From a virus: DNA of 64,000 bases. Shown here piece after piece: positions 49,299 through 58,352 of the stretch. Under the pieces are notes generated by a model. It was not told the origin of the DNA. It worked only from the letters and a program-made list of their open reading frames with translations, and ran no database searches. The stretch is taken from positions 128,538-192,537 of the IMG/VR virus record IMGVR_UViG_3300025133_000022; one strand, written 5' to 3'. The position numbers and the translations under genes were made by a program. Each line of letters begins with the position of its first letter. Within the stretch, counting starts at the first letter, position 1.

Positions 49299-50368
49299 GT
49301 ATTGCCTCTGAATGGCTGCCTATATCCAAGGCCGCGAAGTCGACCTGTATGAAAACCAAAACGGCCTCGTCGCCTACTAGAGCTTCTGACTTTCTTATTC
49401 GCACCTGGTTGTGGATACGAGTAACAATCGGGATTTTCCCACAGGCGACCAGTAATTCGTCTATCCGGATCATATGTGCCCTTTACAGCCATCGTAGGAG
49501 CAAAGCCTTGTCCAGGGACAATATTGCCACCAGCATTTACGACCCTCCACCACTCTTCTCTTTTTTCTCGAACATAATCGTAAATTCCATCTGGAATTTC
49601 ATCATTGCTTTTACCATCAGTTATTTTCAGGTCACCAAGAGCTTTTTTCTTTCCAGTAGTTGCACCAGCCTGAGATCCGTGACCTGGAATGTTGATGCAA
49701 CGCCAAACCGTATCAAAGACCACAAACTTAGTACGAGCAAGCTGAATGTTGCCCCAACTGCGAGTGTCAGCGCCATGAACAAAATCAGCTTCTTTGCTGC
49801 TGATGTGTGCCATCAGCGCCAAGGTACTATCTGGAATGTAATCAATCCATCGCCCCATCTCTAGTCGAATCAAATCTGGAGAAGCATAAAGCGGAGCATA
49901 CGTAGTTGCATACCCTAGTGTTGTGGCAGCAAGATACTCATCGCCATCCAAATTAGTAATACTGTCATCAAGCTGGATAACAACAAGCTGGTTGTTACTT
50001 AAATTCTGAGCAGTAGCGTTAAATCCTCGAGTAACATCAAATTCAAAAACTTCATAATCATCAGCACTGTTGATGGCACCTACCCAAAGATCATGCCATC
50101 TACCAGCGTCTGCAGCGTCGGGAACAGTGTAAGTGTAGGTGTAATAGCCTGTGGACAACTGTGTGGCCGTTAGAGGCCCAGCTAGAGCGCTTGTGTACAC
50201 CTGCGCGTCAGCTTCTTCTTCAATATCTGAAGATTCCACATCTTCATCATAGATGTAAATTACAGGAGTGCTATCTGGGTTAACCAAGCACCCTGCATCA
50301 TCAGTAAAAACGGCGCGCAGAATAATCTGACTGCCAGCTACAACTGCGCCTCTATGTTGATAAGACAT
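49295..50368 (-). CDS. Head-tail adaptor-like protein with N-terminal Ig-like domain, 357 aa
   Basis: N-terminal Ig-like strands (TGYYTYTYTVP..GRWHDLW); C-half with PLYAS and KKKALGDLKI neck-type motif; Arg-rich C-terminus. Confidence 0.55.
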   Translation of the reverse strand: MSYQHRGAVVAGSQIILRAVFTDDAGCLVNPDSTPVIYIYDEDVESSDIEEEADAQVYTSALAGPLTATQLSTGYYTYTYTVPDAADAGRWHDLWVGAINSADDYEVFEFDVTRGFNATAQNLSNNQLVVIQLDDSITNLDGDEYLAATTLGYATTYAPLYASPDLIRLEMGRWIDYIPDSTLALMAHISSKEADFVHGADTRSWGNIQLARTKFVVFDTVWRCINIPGHGSQAGATTGKKKALGDLKITDGKSNDEIPDGIYDYVREKREEWWRVVNAGGNIVPGQGFAPTMAVKGTYDPDRRITGRLWENPDCYSYPQPGANKKVRSSSRRRGRFGFHTGRLRGLGYRQPFRGNT

Positions 50369-50375
50369 CTATACC

Positions 50376-51494
50376 TCAGTATCTAATAGTCAATGTATCA
50401 CCTGAAACCGTCAGGCTTTTCTCAAGCTCTAGCGGCTCAAACGTGCCGCCGTAGTAGCCTTCTACAGGATACTTCCATATGGTAACAGAATCATCGGTTA
50501 TTGTAGCTGGATCCAAATCATCAGTAAAAACAACTGTAATGACTCTTTTGTCTGGATTTACATTGTACGATCCATCCAGCGGTGTCATGTAATCAACTTG
50601 GAAAGGAGTGCTCACGCTAGGCAGAACAGTAGAGGGAGGGCTGCTACTGGCTGGTGTACTAGGGCTGTCCGGTGCCTCTGTATAGCTACCATCATTCGTA
50701 GTAAAAGTTACAGAAGTGCTGGTAGCCATCCTTTCAATAGGCTCTACATTGACTGTCCAGCTATCACCAACCTGGAAATCAGATCCAGTAAACCGAACCT
50801 GAAGGCCTTCATCTAGAGTTCTGTATCTACGATTAGTAATGCGACCAGTAACAGCACTACCAGAGCCGGCGCTATCCCAATACCACTTGTACTCTGCAGT
50901 GCCAATATTGCCTGCAGTAGTGATCTCAACAACCATAATGTCAGCAGAAACACCTTCGTAGGTCCCGTACAGTGCAACAGCACCAGAGCCGACATTGCCT
51001 ACATCCGCTTCCACATCGAAAAGCGTTCGAGCACTGACTCCAGTGTCAGTACTATCAGGGTCTCCATTGACATAAAGAATGTACTCTGTGTCAGCAGCTA
51101 AAGTAGCTGCAAATTTTGGATCAACAGTTATCTTAACTTTATGTCCGTAACTGCCAGAAGTTTCGTCAGTTTCAGATGTAACGGTTCCGGCGTCAACTTC
51201 TGCATACGTGACAGTGTCGGTAGTATCCCAGTAAACTAATTCAAACTTGACGGGCACCAAGCCTTTGAAGCCTGGAGAACTAAGAAAATATTTGTTATTG
51301 CCGGTATCCTCATCAATCCAGATAGCGTTATCAGGACCGCTGGTTTGGTCACTGTCACTTCCGAAAAGAACAATAGAATCAGAAACAGATTTCAGGTCAA
51401 CACCCCGGTCGAAATAAACCTCAAGGGTTTCACCAACAGGAATTCCAGAATCTCCATCAGCAGGATAAACCCGCACAATAGAAGGGGTAGACAT
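50376..51494 (-). CDS. Virion protein with two SbsA/Big_5-type Ig-like domains, 372 aa
   Basis: N-terminal IVRVYPADGDSGIPVGETLEVYFDRGVD and C-terminal PLDGSYNVNPDKRVITVVFTDDLDPATI; central GNIGTAEYKW module; Pro/Ser linker. Confidence 0.7.
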   Translation of the reverse strand: MSTPSIVRVYPADGDSGIPVGETLEVYFDRGVDLKSVSDSIVLFGSDSDQTSGPDNAIWIDEDTGNNKYFLSSPGFKGLVPVKFELVYWDTTDTVTYAEVDAGTVTSETDETSGSYGHKVKITVDPKFAATLAADTEYILYVNGDPDSTDTGVSARTLFDVEADVGNVGSGAVALYGTYEGVSADIMVVEITTAGNIGTAEYKWYWDSAGSGSAVTGRITNRRYRTLDEGLQVRFTGSDFQVGDSWTVNVEPIERMATSTSVTFTTNDGSYTEAPDSPSTPASSSPPSTVLPSVSTPFQVDYMTPLDGSYNVNPDKRVITVVFTDDLDPATITDDSVTIWKYPVEGYYGGTFEPLELEKSLTVSGDTLTIRY

Positions 51495-51497
51495 GTA

Positions 51498-51719
51498 TCA
51501 CTCTCCAGACAGTATTAGTGCAGTTTCTGCTTTTAGCTTCTCTAGCTGCATGACATTTGGATCACGGCTAGCTGCAAGATCTATATATCCTAAAGAAACA
51601 GCAACCTGCTCCTCTCCTTCTTCGTCTTTTGCATTTGCCCACTCTGCTGAAGGTGGCATAGGCGCAACGGTTCTGCCCACCATATCCCAATCTTCAACAA
51701 CATCCTTAAACCAACTCAT
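51498..51719 (-). CDS. Small acidic hypothetical protein after the MCP, 73 aa
   Basis: AAAGGAGA RBS, fills the gap between the MCP hairpin and the Ig protein. Confidence 0.65.
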   Translation of the reverse strand: MSWFKDVVEDWDMVGRTVAPMPPSAEWANAKDEEGEEQVAVSLGYIDLAASRDPNVMQLEKLKAETALILSGE

Positions 51720-51763
51720 AGAAAATCTCCTTTGAGTCTATTGTACACGACTATACGAACGAA

Positions 51764-51789
51764 GGGGAGTCCTCATAAGAGGACTCCCC
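51764..51789. terminator. Perfect GC-rich hairpin after the major capsid gene (probable terminator or mRNA stabiliser)
   Basis: GGGGAGTCCTC-ATAA-GAGGACTCCCC, 11-bp perfect stem; only a weak U-rich tail (UUCGUUCGU) on the minus strand. Confidence 0.65.
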
Positions 51790-51821
51790 AAATTTAGTCG
51801 TTTAGAACTCTAAGCAGTCGC

Positions 51822-53126
51822 TCAGAGTACGTCTGCGGTTGGAGAGATCTCGCTATCTACATCCATAGAATGTACAGATACGGTTCCATCCCAATAGTTG
51901 CGTGCAAGTTTGACGTTCTTCATTACGCCTACACCCTGACCTTCATGAGCAACAGCAAAGCCATAACGTTCACGAAGCTTGATCTTCACAACATCTACAT
52001 TTTCATCACGCCATTCCACTTGAGTGAGTTCTTCATCAACAAGATGGAAACCAATGTTGCCACTGCTAAGAAGATAAATATCACCAAGTTGGGTAGCTGC
52101 ATCAAACGGTACAAGTGGGCTGACGATAACACGGAACGGCCATGGGAAATACCCTGGAACACTCATTGCGGAAGTCATACCATGTTCGCGACCGGAAATA
52201 CCGGTTGCAGTAGCGCCAGCAGCATTTCCACTAGCATTGATCTTGTTGCCAAGAGATGGGCCTTGAGCACCCATGGAGCCATTAGACCATGGGTCTAGTG
52301 GGCCAGGATTACCAGAGAACTTCTCAAAGTAACTTCCACCACCATGCGCAAGCATCATGTTGCGCATAACTGGATCTTGTAAGAATTGATAGAAGAAGAG
52401 TGGGTTAACTAGAAGTATGTCAGGCTGGAATCCCTCTTCAGCCATGTGTGCCAGAGCCTTAAAGAGGTCATCTACAGCAAGCGAACCGTTAGGTTGCATA
52501 TCTAGACCGCGACCGGTACAAACACCAAACATGCTGGTAGTAGGCGAACTGTTGTTGAACAGTTCGGTGCCAAGCTCCCGAAGGAAACTCATGGCTTTTT
52601 GTTCTTTGTGTCGCACGAGTGCAGCACCCATCAGACGAAGATTCATCGCCATGATGTCCCAGGTGCTGTAGCGAAGCGCTTCGTCAGTAAACGAAGCTGC
52701 AAGACCGGACTTGCCGATCCATGCAGTTTGCAGTGCGCCACCGAGCTGGAACATATTTTCTGGGTACGTACCGTGCTCTGCGATATCACCAGCGGTGATT
52801 GCGCCAACGGCACCAGCAAGAACTTGAGTGCTAAGGCCTTTGGCCATTACTCGGGTAAATAACCCGGTAATAACCATAAGCGGCTCAACAGGCTCGCGAA
52901 TCAGCACTTCCATAGAAGACTGAAGTATTGGTCGAATATTAGGAGTGCCCACAGCATCATTTTGATGACGCGGTGAAAGCATCTTGTACATATCTTCCCA
53001 CTCCATCTCAACGCCTTCGTCTTCTACGCGACCTTGAGTACGAAACAGATCAGCAACAAAGCGAGTCTGAGCCTTCTTGCTAGAAGGAAGATCAATGCTA
53101 CGGCCGTCTTTGAGTTCGAATTTCAT
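51822..53126 (-). CDS. Major capsid protein (HK97 fold), 434 aa
   Basis: Position after protease/decoration genes; IAEHGTYPE, GKSGLAASFTDEALRYSTWDIM and KLRERYGFAVAHEGQGV capsid-type motifs; AAAGGAG RBS. Confidence 0.88.
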   Translation of the reverse strand: MKFELKDGRSIDLPSSKKAQTRFVADLFRTQGRVEDEGVEMEWEDMYKMLSPRHQNDAVGTPNIRPILQSSMEVLIREPVEPLMVITGLFTRVMAKGLSTQVLAGAVGAITAGDIAEHGTYPENMFQLGGALQTAWIGKSGLAASFTDEALRYSTWDIMAMNLRLMGAALVRHKEQKAMSFLRELGTELFNNSSPTTSMFGVCTGRGLDMQPNGSLAVDDLFKALAHMAEEGFQPDILLVNPLFFYQFLQDPVMRNMMLAHGGGSYFEKFSGNPGPLDPWSNGSMGAQGPSLGNKINASGNAAGATATGISGREHGMTSAMSVPGYFPWPFRVIVSPLVPFDAATQLGDIYLLSSGNIGFHLVDEELTQVEWRDENVDVVKIKLRERYGFAVAHEGQGVGVMKNVKLARNYWDGTVSVHSMDVDSEISPTADVL

Positions 53127-53140
53127 CGTTGACTCCTTTT

Positions 53141-54532
53141 TCAGTTGACCTTGAGATTGATGATCGCGAGCTGATCTGCAACTTGTTCAGAAGTTGCAAG
53201 AGTAATTGCATCGCTATAACCGGCAGTTGCAGAACCGGGCATCTGAGAAACTGCACTCATGCCAGTAAGCTGGAATGCGGTTTTGACTTGCGCCAACAGA
53301 TCTTTTGGTTCCACATCGACGTCAATAAGACGACCAATGCTGCGGGTGTTACTAGTACCAAGTGCATCCTGGCTAGATGCCATTGCAACAAAGTTGGAAT
53401 GCTCATCATAGGAGAGGAAACTGCCTGGGTTTGGTTCGCCATCTAAGAAGACGTAACGGTCAGAAGCTGCGCCACCGGAAGCTGCTACTGCGTAGTAGTA
53501 GTATGTGACAATAAAGTCACCAGCGCCAGCCGATGCAGTTTCAAGAGCATCTTGGGTATCCCAAGCATCACCATGGATGAAAAGAGTACCAGTGCGAGTA
53601 TCTACATAGAAATCACCAGCAGAACTAATGAGACCAATGCTAGACTTTTCGGTTTCTAGAATGCCACTGACATCACAGCTAATTACAGTGCGTGTAGTGT
53701 TTTTCGCGATAAAGTCGTTGTCAAGCTGAATTGCATAAACATCCTTACCGTTTACAGCACTTGCCCAACGAGTTACATCGTCGAGTGCAGTCTCATGCCA
53801 TACTTGACCAGCTGTCGGCATCAGACCATCATTTGCCTGTGCGGTCACAACAGTGATTGCACTAAGGTCAAAAGTAGTAGTGTCAGAGCCAAGAGTACGG
53901 TGCGGAACTTTCATCTGAAGTTCAGTAAGGAACTGAATGAGATGCTGCTTGCTGTAGTTAGTGAATACTTGGTCGCCATCTTCAGGACGACCAGACCATA
54001 CGAATACATCGTATGCAGTAACACCCACTGCCTCAGAAATGAAGTACTCAATGACTTCACTGACGTCACCATCAGTTTGAGGATAGGTATTGCTGCTTGT
54101 AACCATGGCAGAAGCAGGCACAAGTCCACGATCGCAAAGAGCGATGGCAATCTCAGAAGCTTCATAAGCTGCACCAGCGCTACTGGCAACTGGTGCACCA
54201 GTAACAAGGTCTGTAACACCATAATCGTAATCGGTTGAAGTGTAAGTTAATACGTTCGTAGCAGAAGCAAAAGTATCAACAAGTGCAGCACGCAGACCAG
54301 CAGGAACAACCCTGTTCTGGCTATCAAGTGCAACAACTTTGCCAGAGCTGATGACAAAACCATCTTCGCCGGCATGCATATCAGTCTTAGTAAAAATAAT
54401 AGGGAGCCAAGCCGCAGGCTTCCACTCACCATATGGTGCGCTGACATCTCGTTGAACAACATTGTTTGGCGTAATACTGCCAAACACGTCCTCTCTGGTA
54501 CGGAACGAAGCGGAATGTCTATTGACAGTCAT
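53141..54532 (-). CDS. Capsid decoration/cement-like protein with large insertion, 463 aa
   Basis: Between protease and MCP; N-terminal FVISSGKVVALD..VPAG and C-terminal PGSFLSYDEHSNFV..IGRL..MPGSAT segments typical of this position. Confidence 0.6.
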   Translation of the reverse strand: MTVNRHSASFRTREDVFGSITPNNVVQRDVSAPYGEWKPAAWLPIIFTKTDMHAGEDGFVISSGKVVALDSQNRVVPAGLRAALVDTFASATNVLTYTSTDYDYGVTDLVTGAPVASSAGAAYEASEIAIALCDRGLVPASAMVTSSNTYPQTDGDVSEVIEYFISEAVGVTAYDVFVWSGRPEDGDQVFTNYSKQHLIQFLTELQMKVPHRTLGSDTTTFDLSAITVVTAQANDGLMPTAGQVWHETALDDVTRWASAVNGKDVYAIQLDNDFIAKNTTRTVISCDVSGILETEKSSIGLISSAGDFYVDTRTGTLFIHGDAWDTQDALETASAGAGDFIVTYYYYAVAASGGAASDRYVFLDGEPNPGSFLSYDEHSNFVAMASSQDALGTSNTRSIGRLIDVDVEPKDLLAQVKTAFQLTGMSAVSQMPGSATAGYSDAITLATSEQVADQLAIINLKVN

Positions 54533-56592
54533 TATTCATTCTCCTGAATGTGTGGGGTAATATCGAAGGTTCTTGGAACGTGTCCTCGTGCAATCTTTCC
54601 ATGAAGGAAGCGTATTGCAGCAAGTTCACCTTCTTCGTCTCGCAGTTTCTTGAAACAGGCGACAATCTTCTTTTCGTAGGCACCAAGCGTTTTGACAGAA
54701 TCTGCAATAGATTGAGAACTGCTTGCGCTCTCATCTTCCACAGGTTTGATATCTTCTATCGAAGGTGCTTTATTAGTATTATCTTGACCTATCTTTTCAG
54801 ACGTGTCAAGTGCGGTTAGCTTTTCTTTTAGCGAATCTACTTCAGCTTGCAAATTACTTGCAACTTCAAGAGACTGTAAGTAATCAGCTTTGAGCGCAGT
54901 TAGCTCAGATTTAAGTTTATCATTTTGCAAGTCTTCTGCAGACTGCTGACTGATACTAAAAATGTCAATGCGCTTAGCAAGTTCAGATTCAAATTCAGTT
55001 TTTTGATCTTCAGTAAGCCGTGCACGTTCTAAAACGTGACGTGCTGCCGTGAGATGATCTAAATCTGCAACCGGAAATGTTCGATCAGGACCAACAAATG
55101 CTTTTTCATCAAGTGCATCGGTTGCCTCAGAACTTAATGCCAAGTCGCCAAGTTCATGAGCAAAAGCTAATGTAAGCAAATACCAATCGAAATGTTGCAA
55201 ACTGTCAGCTTCCTCAGAATCGTCTTGAGTTCCTGGATCTGGGACATCTGCATCTTCAGCCTCTTCAACAACCTCTTCTTCATCACTTGTGAGTGCGGTT
55301 TTAAGAGCTGTCAAAGCATCTGTATCTGAAAGCAAATGCTGAATAAGTTCTGCAGAAGTAAGTGCTTGAACTTTAGCATCTGGTTCCATGTTGTCTTGAC
55401 TGCGCATGGCTTTGAATTCTTCAGAAGCCTCGCCTTTTTTGTCAAAACCATCTAGTGCACCGTTCACTATAGAGTCACGGAAACCTTTACTAGTAGAGAG
55501 ATCGTGAAGATCTCCATGAAAAGCAAAAACAGCTTCTGGAATCTTACTGTCATCACCATAGCGAATGCTCCAATCGTATTCACTATGAAGTGCATCATGA
55601 ACGCGAATTAGCCAAGTAGTCTCAAAATGAGATTTAGCAGCAATCGCATCATTCTGCTCTGCGGTAAGGGTATTATTCCAAAGGCCGCGCGCAATATCGC
55701 GCGCATCCATTGACTTTAGAGATTCGATGGTTTTTTGCAGATCAATAGTCTGTGTTGCCATAAGGTCTCCTATATCTACACTGGCATCAGTGAATGTAAC
55801 TTGTGATTTGCTATAACGTGCTGCGTCCTTAACAGGCGCAGCAAGCTCAACACAATCCCCAAACTCCATATTTGTTAACTGACTTAAATCATTTCCAGGC
55901 GTAGTTACGACAGAGGCTTCGCGTCCAGCGAAAACTCCAGTAAACATTACAACCGGTCGACCTTCGTCGTCAATAGAGCCGGGCAAATGGTCGCAAACAT
56001 CGCCAGTAGCCCAATCGCTACCGCAAAGTCCACAACAATATTTATCAGTATGAGATCCAGCGGAAAAAGTTAAATATCTACCATCCAAGAACTTCTCAAT
56101 AGCATCATTGTCACTAATGCGAGCCTTGGCGACCAGTTTGCCCATGCCGGGCCAACGATCGTTAGTAAGGAGATTGCGTTTGTACATCTCCTTGTAAATC
56201 TTTTGCACATTCCCACTGTCGAGAGTGCGTTTAAACGCCATGAAGTCCTGAGTACTATCGAAAAACTTCATAGCTTCTTGGTCATTGCTGACCCATTCGA
56301 CAGAAAAGATACGACCGAGGGGGTCGCTGCTTGTGTCATGGTTGCGCAAAATGGGTTTTGGATAAGGGACAGTCCATGTAGGAAGCCCAGCCACTTGTCC
56401 CTTCATACTGTAAAGACGATTATTAGTAAGACGATAAGAGCTACTGAGATCAAATGTAATGATCAGCCCCTTTTTCTTGCCGGTCTTAGTAGAGGTGGCA
56501 GCATCAAGCAGTTCTGTTTTTTGGACAGCAGACATATCTGTAATCTGCTGTCCAGGACGAATTTCATAAATGTCAGTAAGTTTTGTATGCAT
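54532..56592 (-). CDS. Prohead maturation protease fused to scaffold-like C-terminal region (~686 aa)
   Basis: PILRNHD (His) and RYLTFSAG (Ser) followed by CCGLCGSDW..CDH; EASVVTTPG; acidic linker; FVGPDRTFPV module; C-terminal coiled coil. TAATG overlap at 56592 preferred over ORF-track start 56613. Confidence 0.8.
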   Translation of the reverse strand: MHTKLTDIYEIRPGQQITDMSAVQKTELLDAATSTKTGKKKGLIITFDLSSSYRLTNNRLYSMKGQVAGLPTWTVPYPKPILRNHDTSSDPLGRIFSVEWVSNDQEAMKFFDSTQDFMAFKRTLDSGNVQKIYKEMYKRNLLTNDRWPGMGKLVAKARISDNDAIEKFLDGRYLTFSAGSHTDKYCCGLCGSDWATGDVCDHLPGSIDDEGRPVVMFTGVFAGREASVVTTPGNDLSQLTNMEFGDCVELAAPVKDAARYSKSQVTFTDASVDIGDLMATQTIDLQKTIESLKSMDARDIARGLWNNTLTAEQNDAIAAKSHFETTWLIRVHDALHSEYDWSIRYGDDSKIPEAVFAFHGDLHDLSTSKGFRDSIVNGALDGFDKKGEASEEFKAMRSQDNMEPDAKVQALTSAELIQHLLSDTDALTALKTALTSDEEEVVEEAEDADVPDPGTQDDSEEADSLQHFDWYLLTLAFAHELGDLALSSEATDALDEKAFVGPDRTFPVADLDHLTAARHVLERARLTEDQKTEFESELAKRIDIFSISQQSAEDLQNDKLKSELTALKADYLQSLEVASNLQAEVDSLKEKLTALDTSEKIGQDNTNKAPSIEDIKPVEDESASSSQSIADSVKTLGAYEKKIVACFKKLRDEEGELAAIRFLHGKIARGHVPRTFDITPHIQENE

Positions 56593-58352
56593 TATTTTCC
56601 TGTTAAGCGCCATGCCATCGTTTGGGCTAATGTTCCAAAATTAATTGCGTCATTGTTCAATTCGTCATAACGAGCCAAGACTTTGTCTTTCCATATCTGA
56701 ACTGTAGCAGGGTCTACTTCAGAACCGCAAGCAATAGTATAGGCAACTCCATTCAAATCTTCAATTAAAACATCTCTGTTAGTTTTAGTAGCTGATCTTG
56801 TTCCATGCTGATTGCTTGGTCTGCTTTTACTAGCGCTCGCCTTGCTAGCGCTCTTGCTTTTCGACTTAGTGCTTGGCGCACCTTTTTGAACTTTAGAAGT
56901 TTCTTTAGCTTGCTTTTCTTGATATTGCTGTTCCTTGCGAACAGCCTCTGGAGAAACATTGCTTGCTGGATGACTTGCGAGAGTCTGCCCTGCAGCAGAG
57001 CCAGGACTCATAGCCTTAACTAAAGCTGTAGGCTCTTCAAACCTTTTGTAAAAAGTATCTTCGTAATCTGCTTCGGTAAATGGCCTGTCGCCCAAGGCAT
57101 TGCGCGCCTCACCAAGAGTGCGCAAGTTGCCATGAAGCATTTGCAACTGTTGATTTTCATCAGCCCGACGCTCTTCCTTGTCGATAATGCCAAACTTAAC
57201 ATGAACCATCTGGTCTAGATCAAGGGGGTTAAATCCACCTTCAAGAAGCAATTCAGTAACAACATGAAATTCAAGGAATTGCTTAACTGCGCAGGTCATA
57301 GCTTCAACATCCATCATCATACCTTTAGACATGGTGCTAGCAGTGCTTCTATTGGCGCTGCCACCTTCTCCCATGTCTACAGCACTGGTACCCAGCGCAG
57401 CTAGTGCGCGATTCTTAAAGTGACCTACGTAAAAATCAATTCGAAGTGCACGACCTTCAGAGCCAACAGCAGTAATCTCATGCCTGTGGTCCGAAACATA
57501 AATACCACCTGCAGGCATGTATTCAATGGTTTGTTTCACGATGTCAGATTCTTTAACGCCATCAGGACCATAACGCTCTGGAAATGCGTCATTCCCAACC
57601 TTGTAGTGGAAAACAGGAAAGAGGTTTGCCTCAATTAGATCTTCAACATTCTCTTCAATGCGGCGCAACAATGCAATGTCATCAAGAGCGGGAAATAACT
57701 CTGGAGTACCAACAGTAAAGCCCGGTTTCTTGTTGTGATAAAAATGAACTACGTCGCGAGGTTGAAATTCCTTTTTGTTTCCATCTGGCATTTTCTGCAT
57801 GACTTTCTTAAATTCACCATTTGCCTTGGTTCTAAACTCTAAAGTTTCGAACGGGAGAATAAAGTATCCAGCAACAGGTTGAACTTCAGTGCCATTAATA
57901 TCAATTCTAATCTTGCCCATACTGCGTTTAAGATCACGTTTCTTTACCCACATGCAGTTACTAAATCTAAAGAGATCGTGAAATGTATCCCAAATTAGTT
58001 GTTGATATGGTTTGCCGGTCGCAATACTTTGAAACAGCATACGCTGTTCAATATAGCGAACAGCATCTTCGTTAGCTCCAACAAAACTCATGCCAGCACA
58101 CATTACGCGATGAACTTTTTTCTGAATTGACCTAAACATATACGAGTCAGTGTCTTGAGCAATTTGAATTTCGTCAAAATCATACTCAGGCCTAAACCAC
58201 TGGCCCCTATGTCGCTGAGAATATGAGTAGGTGCGATCAGTCACACGCTTAGGAGCAGGTGGAGTCATAGCTGCTTTCGCATCACTAATAGCTTTTGCAT
58301 TAGGCTTCTTGTCAATGCGACCAAGGAGCCCATCAATTAGTTGTGAGTACAT
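56592..58352 (-). CDS. Portal protein (~586 aa)
   Basis: Upstream of the protease; YFILPFETL, DVVHFYHNKKPGF..GTP, LFPVFHYKVG, ALGTSAVDMGEGGSANRSTA; basic C-terminal tail. Confidence 0.85.
   Translation of the reverse strand: MYSQLIDGLLGRIDKKPNAKAISDAKAAMTPPAPKRVTDRTYSYSQRHRGQWFRPEYDFDEIQIAQDTDSYMFRSIQKKVHRVMCAGMSFVGANEDAVRYIEQRMLFQSIATGKPYQQLIWDTFHDLFRFSNCMWVKKRDLKRSMGKIRIDINGTEVQPVAGYFILPFETLEFRTKANGEFKKVMQKMPDGNKKEFQPRDVVHFYHNKKPGFTVGTPELFPALDDIALLRRIEENVEDLIEANLFPVFHYKVGNDAFPERYGPDGVKESDIVKQTIEYMPAGGIYVSDHRHEITAVGSEGRALRIDFYVGHFKNRALAALGTSAVDMGEGGSANRSTASTMSKGMMMDVEAMTCAVKQFLEFHVVTELLLEGGFNPLDLDQMVHVKFGIIDKEERRADENQQLQMLHGNLRTLGEARNALGDRPFTEADYEDTFYKRFEEPTALVKAMSPGSAAGQTLASHPASNVSPEAVRKEQQYQEKQAKETSKVQKGAPSTKSKSKSASKASASKSRPSNQHGTRSATKTNRDVLIEDLNGVAYTIACGSEVDPATVQIWKDKVLARYDELNNDAINFGTLAQTMAWRLTGK

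Noticed and set aside
51735-51775. Sigma70 promoter (TACAAT -10) before the 73-aa gene
   Set aside because: No TTGACA-like -35 at 16-18 nt and no TGn extension; a single hexamer is insufficient.
55686-55704. GCGCGC-AATATC-GCGCGC inverted repeat
   Set aside because: Short, inside the protease coding region and explained by Ala/Arg codons.
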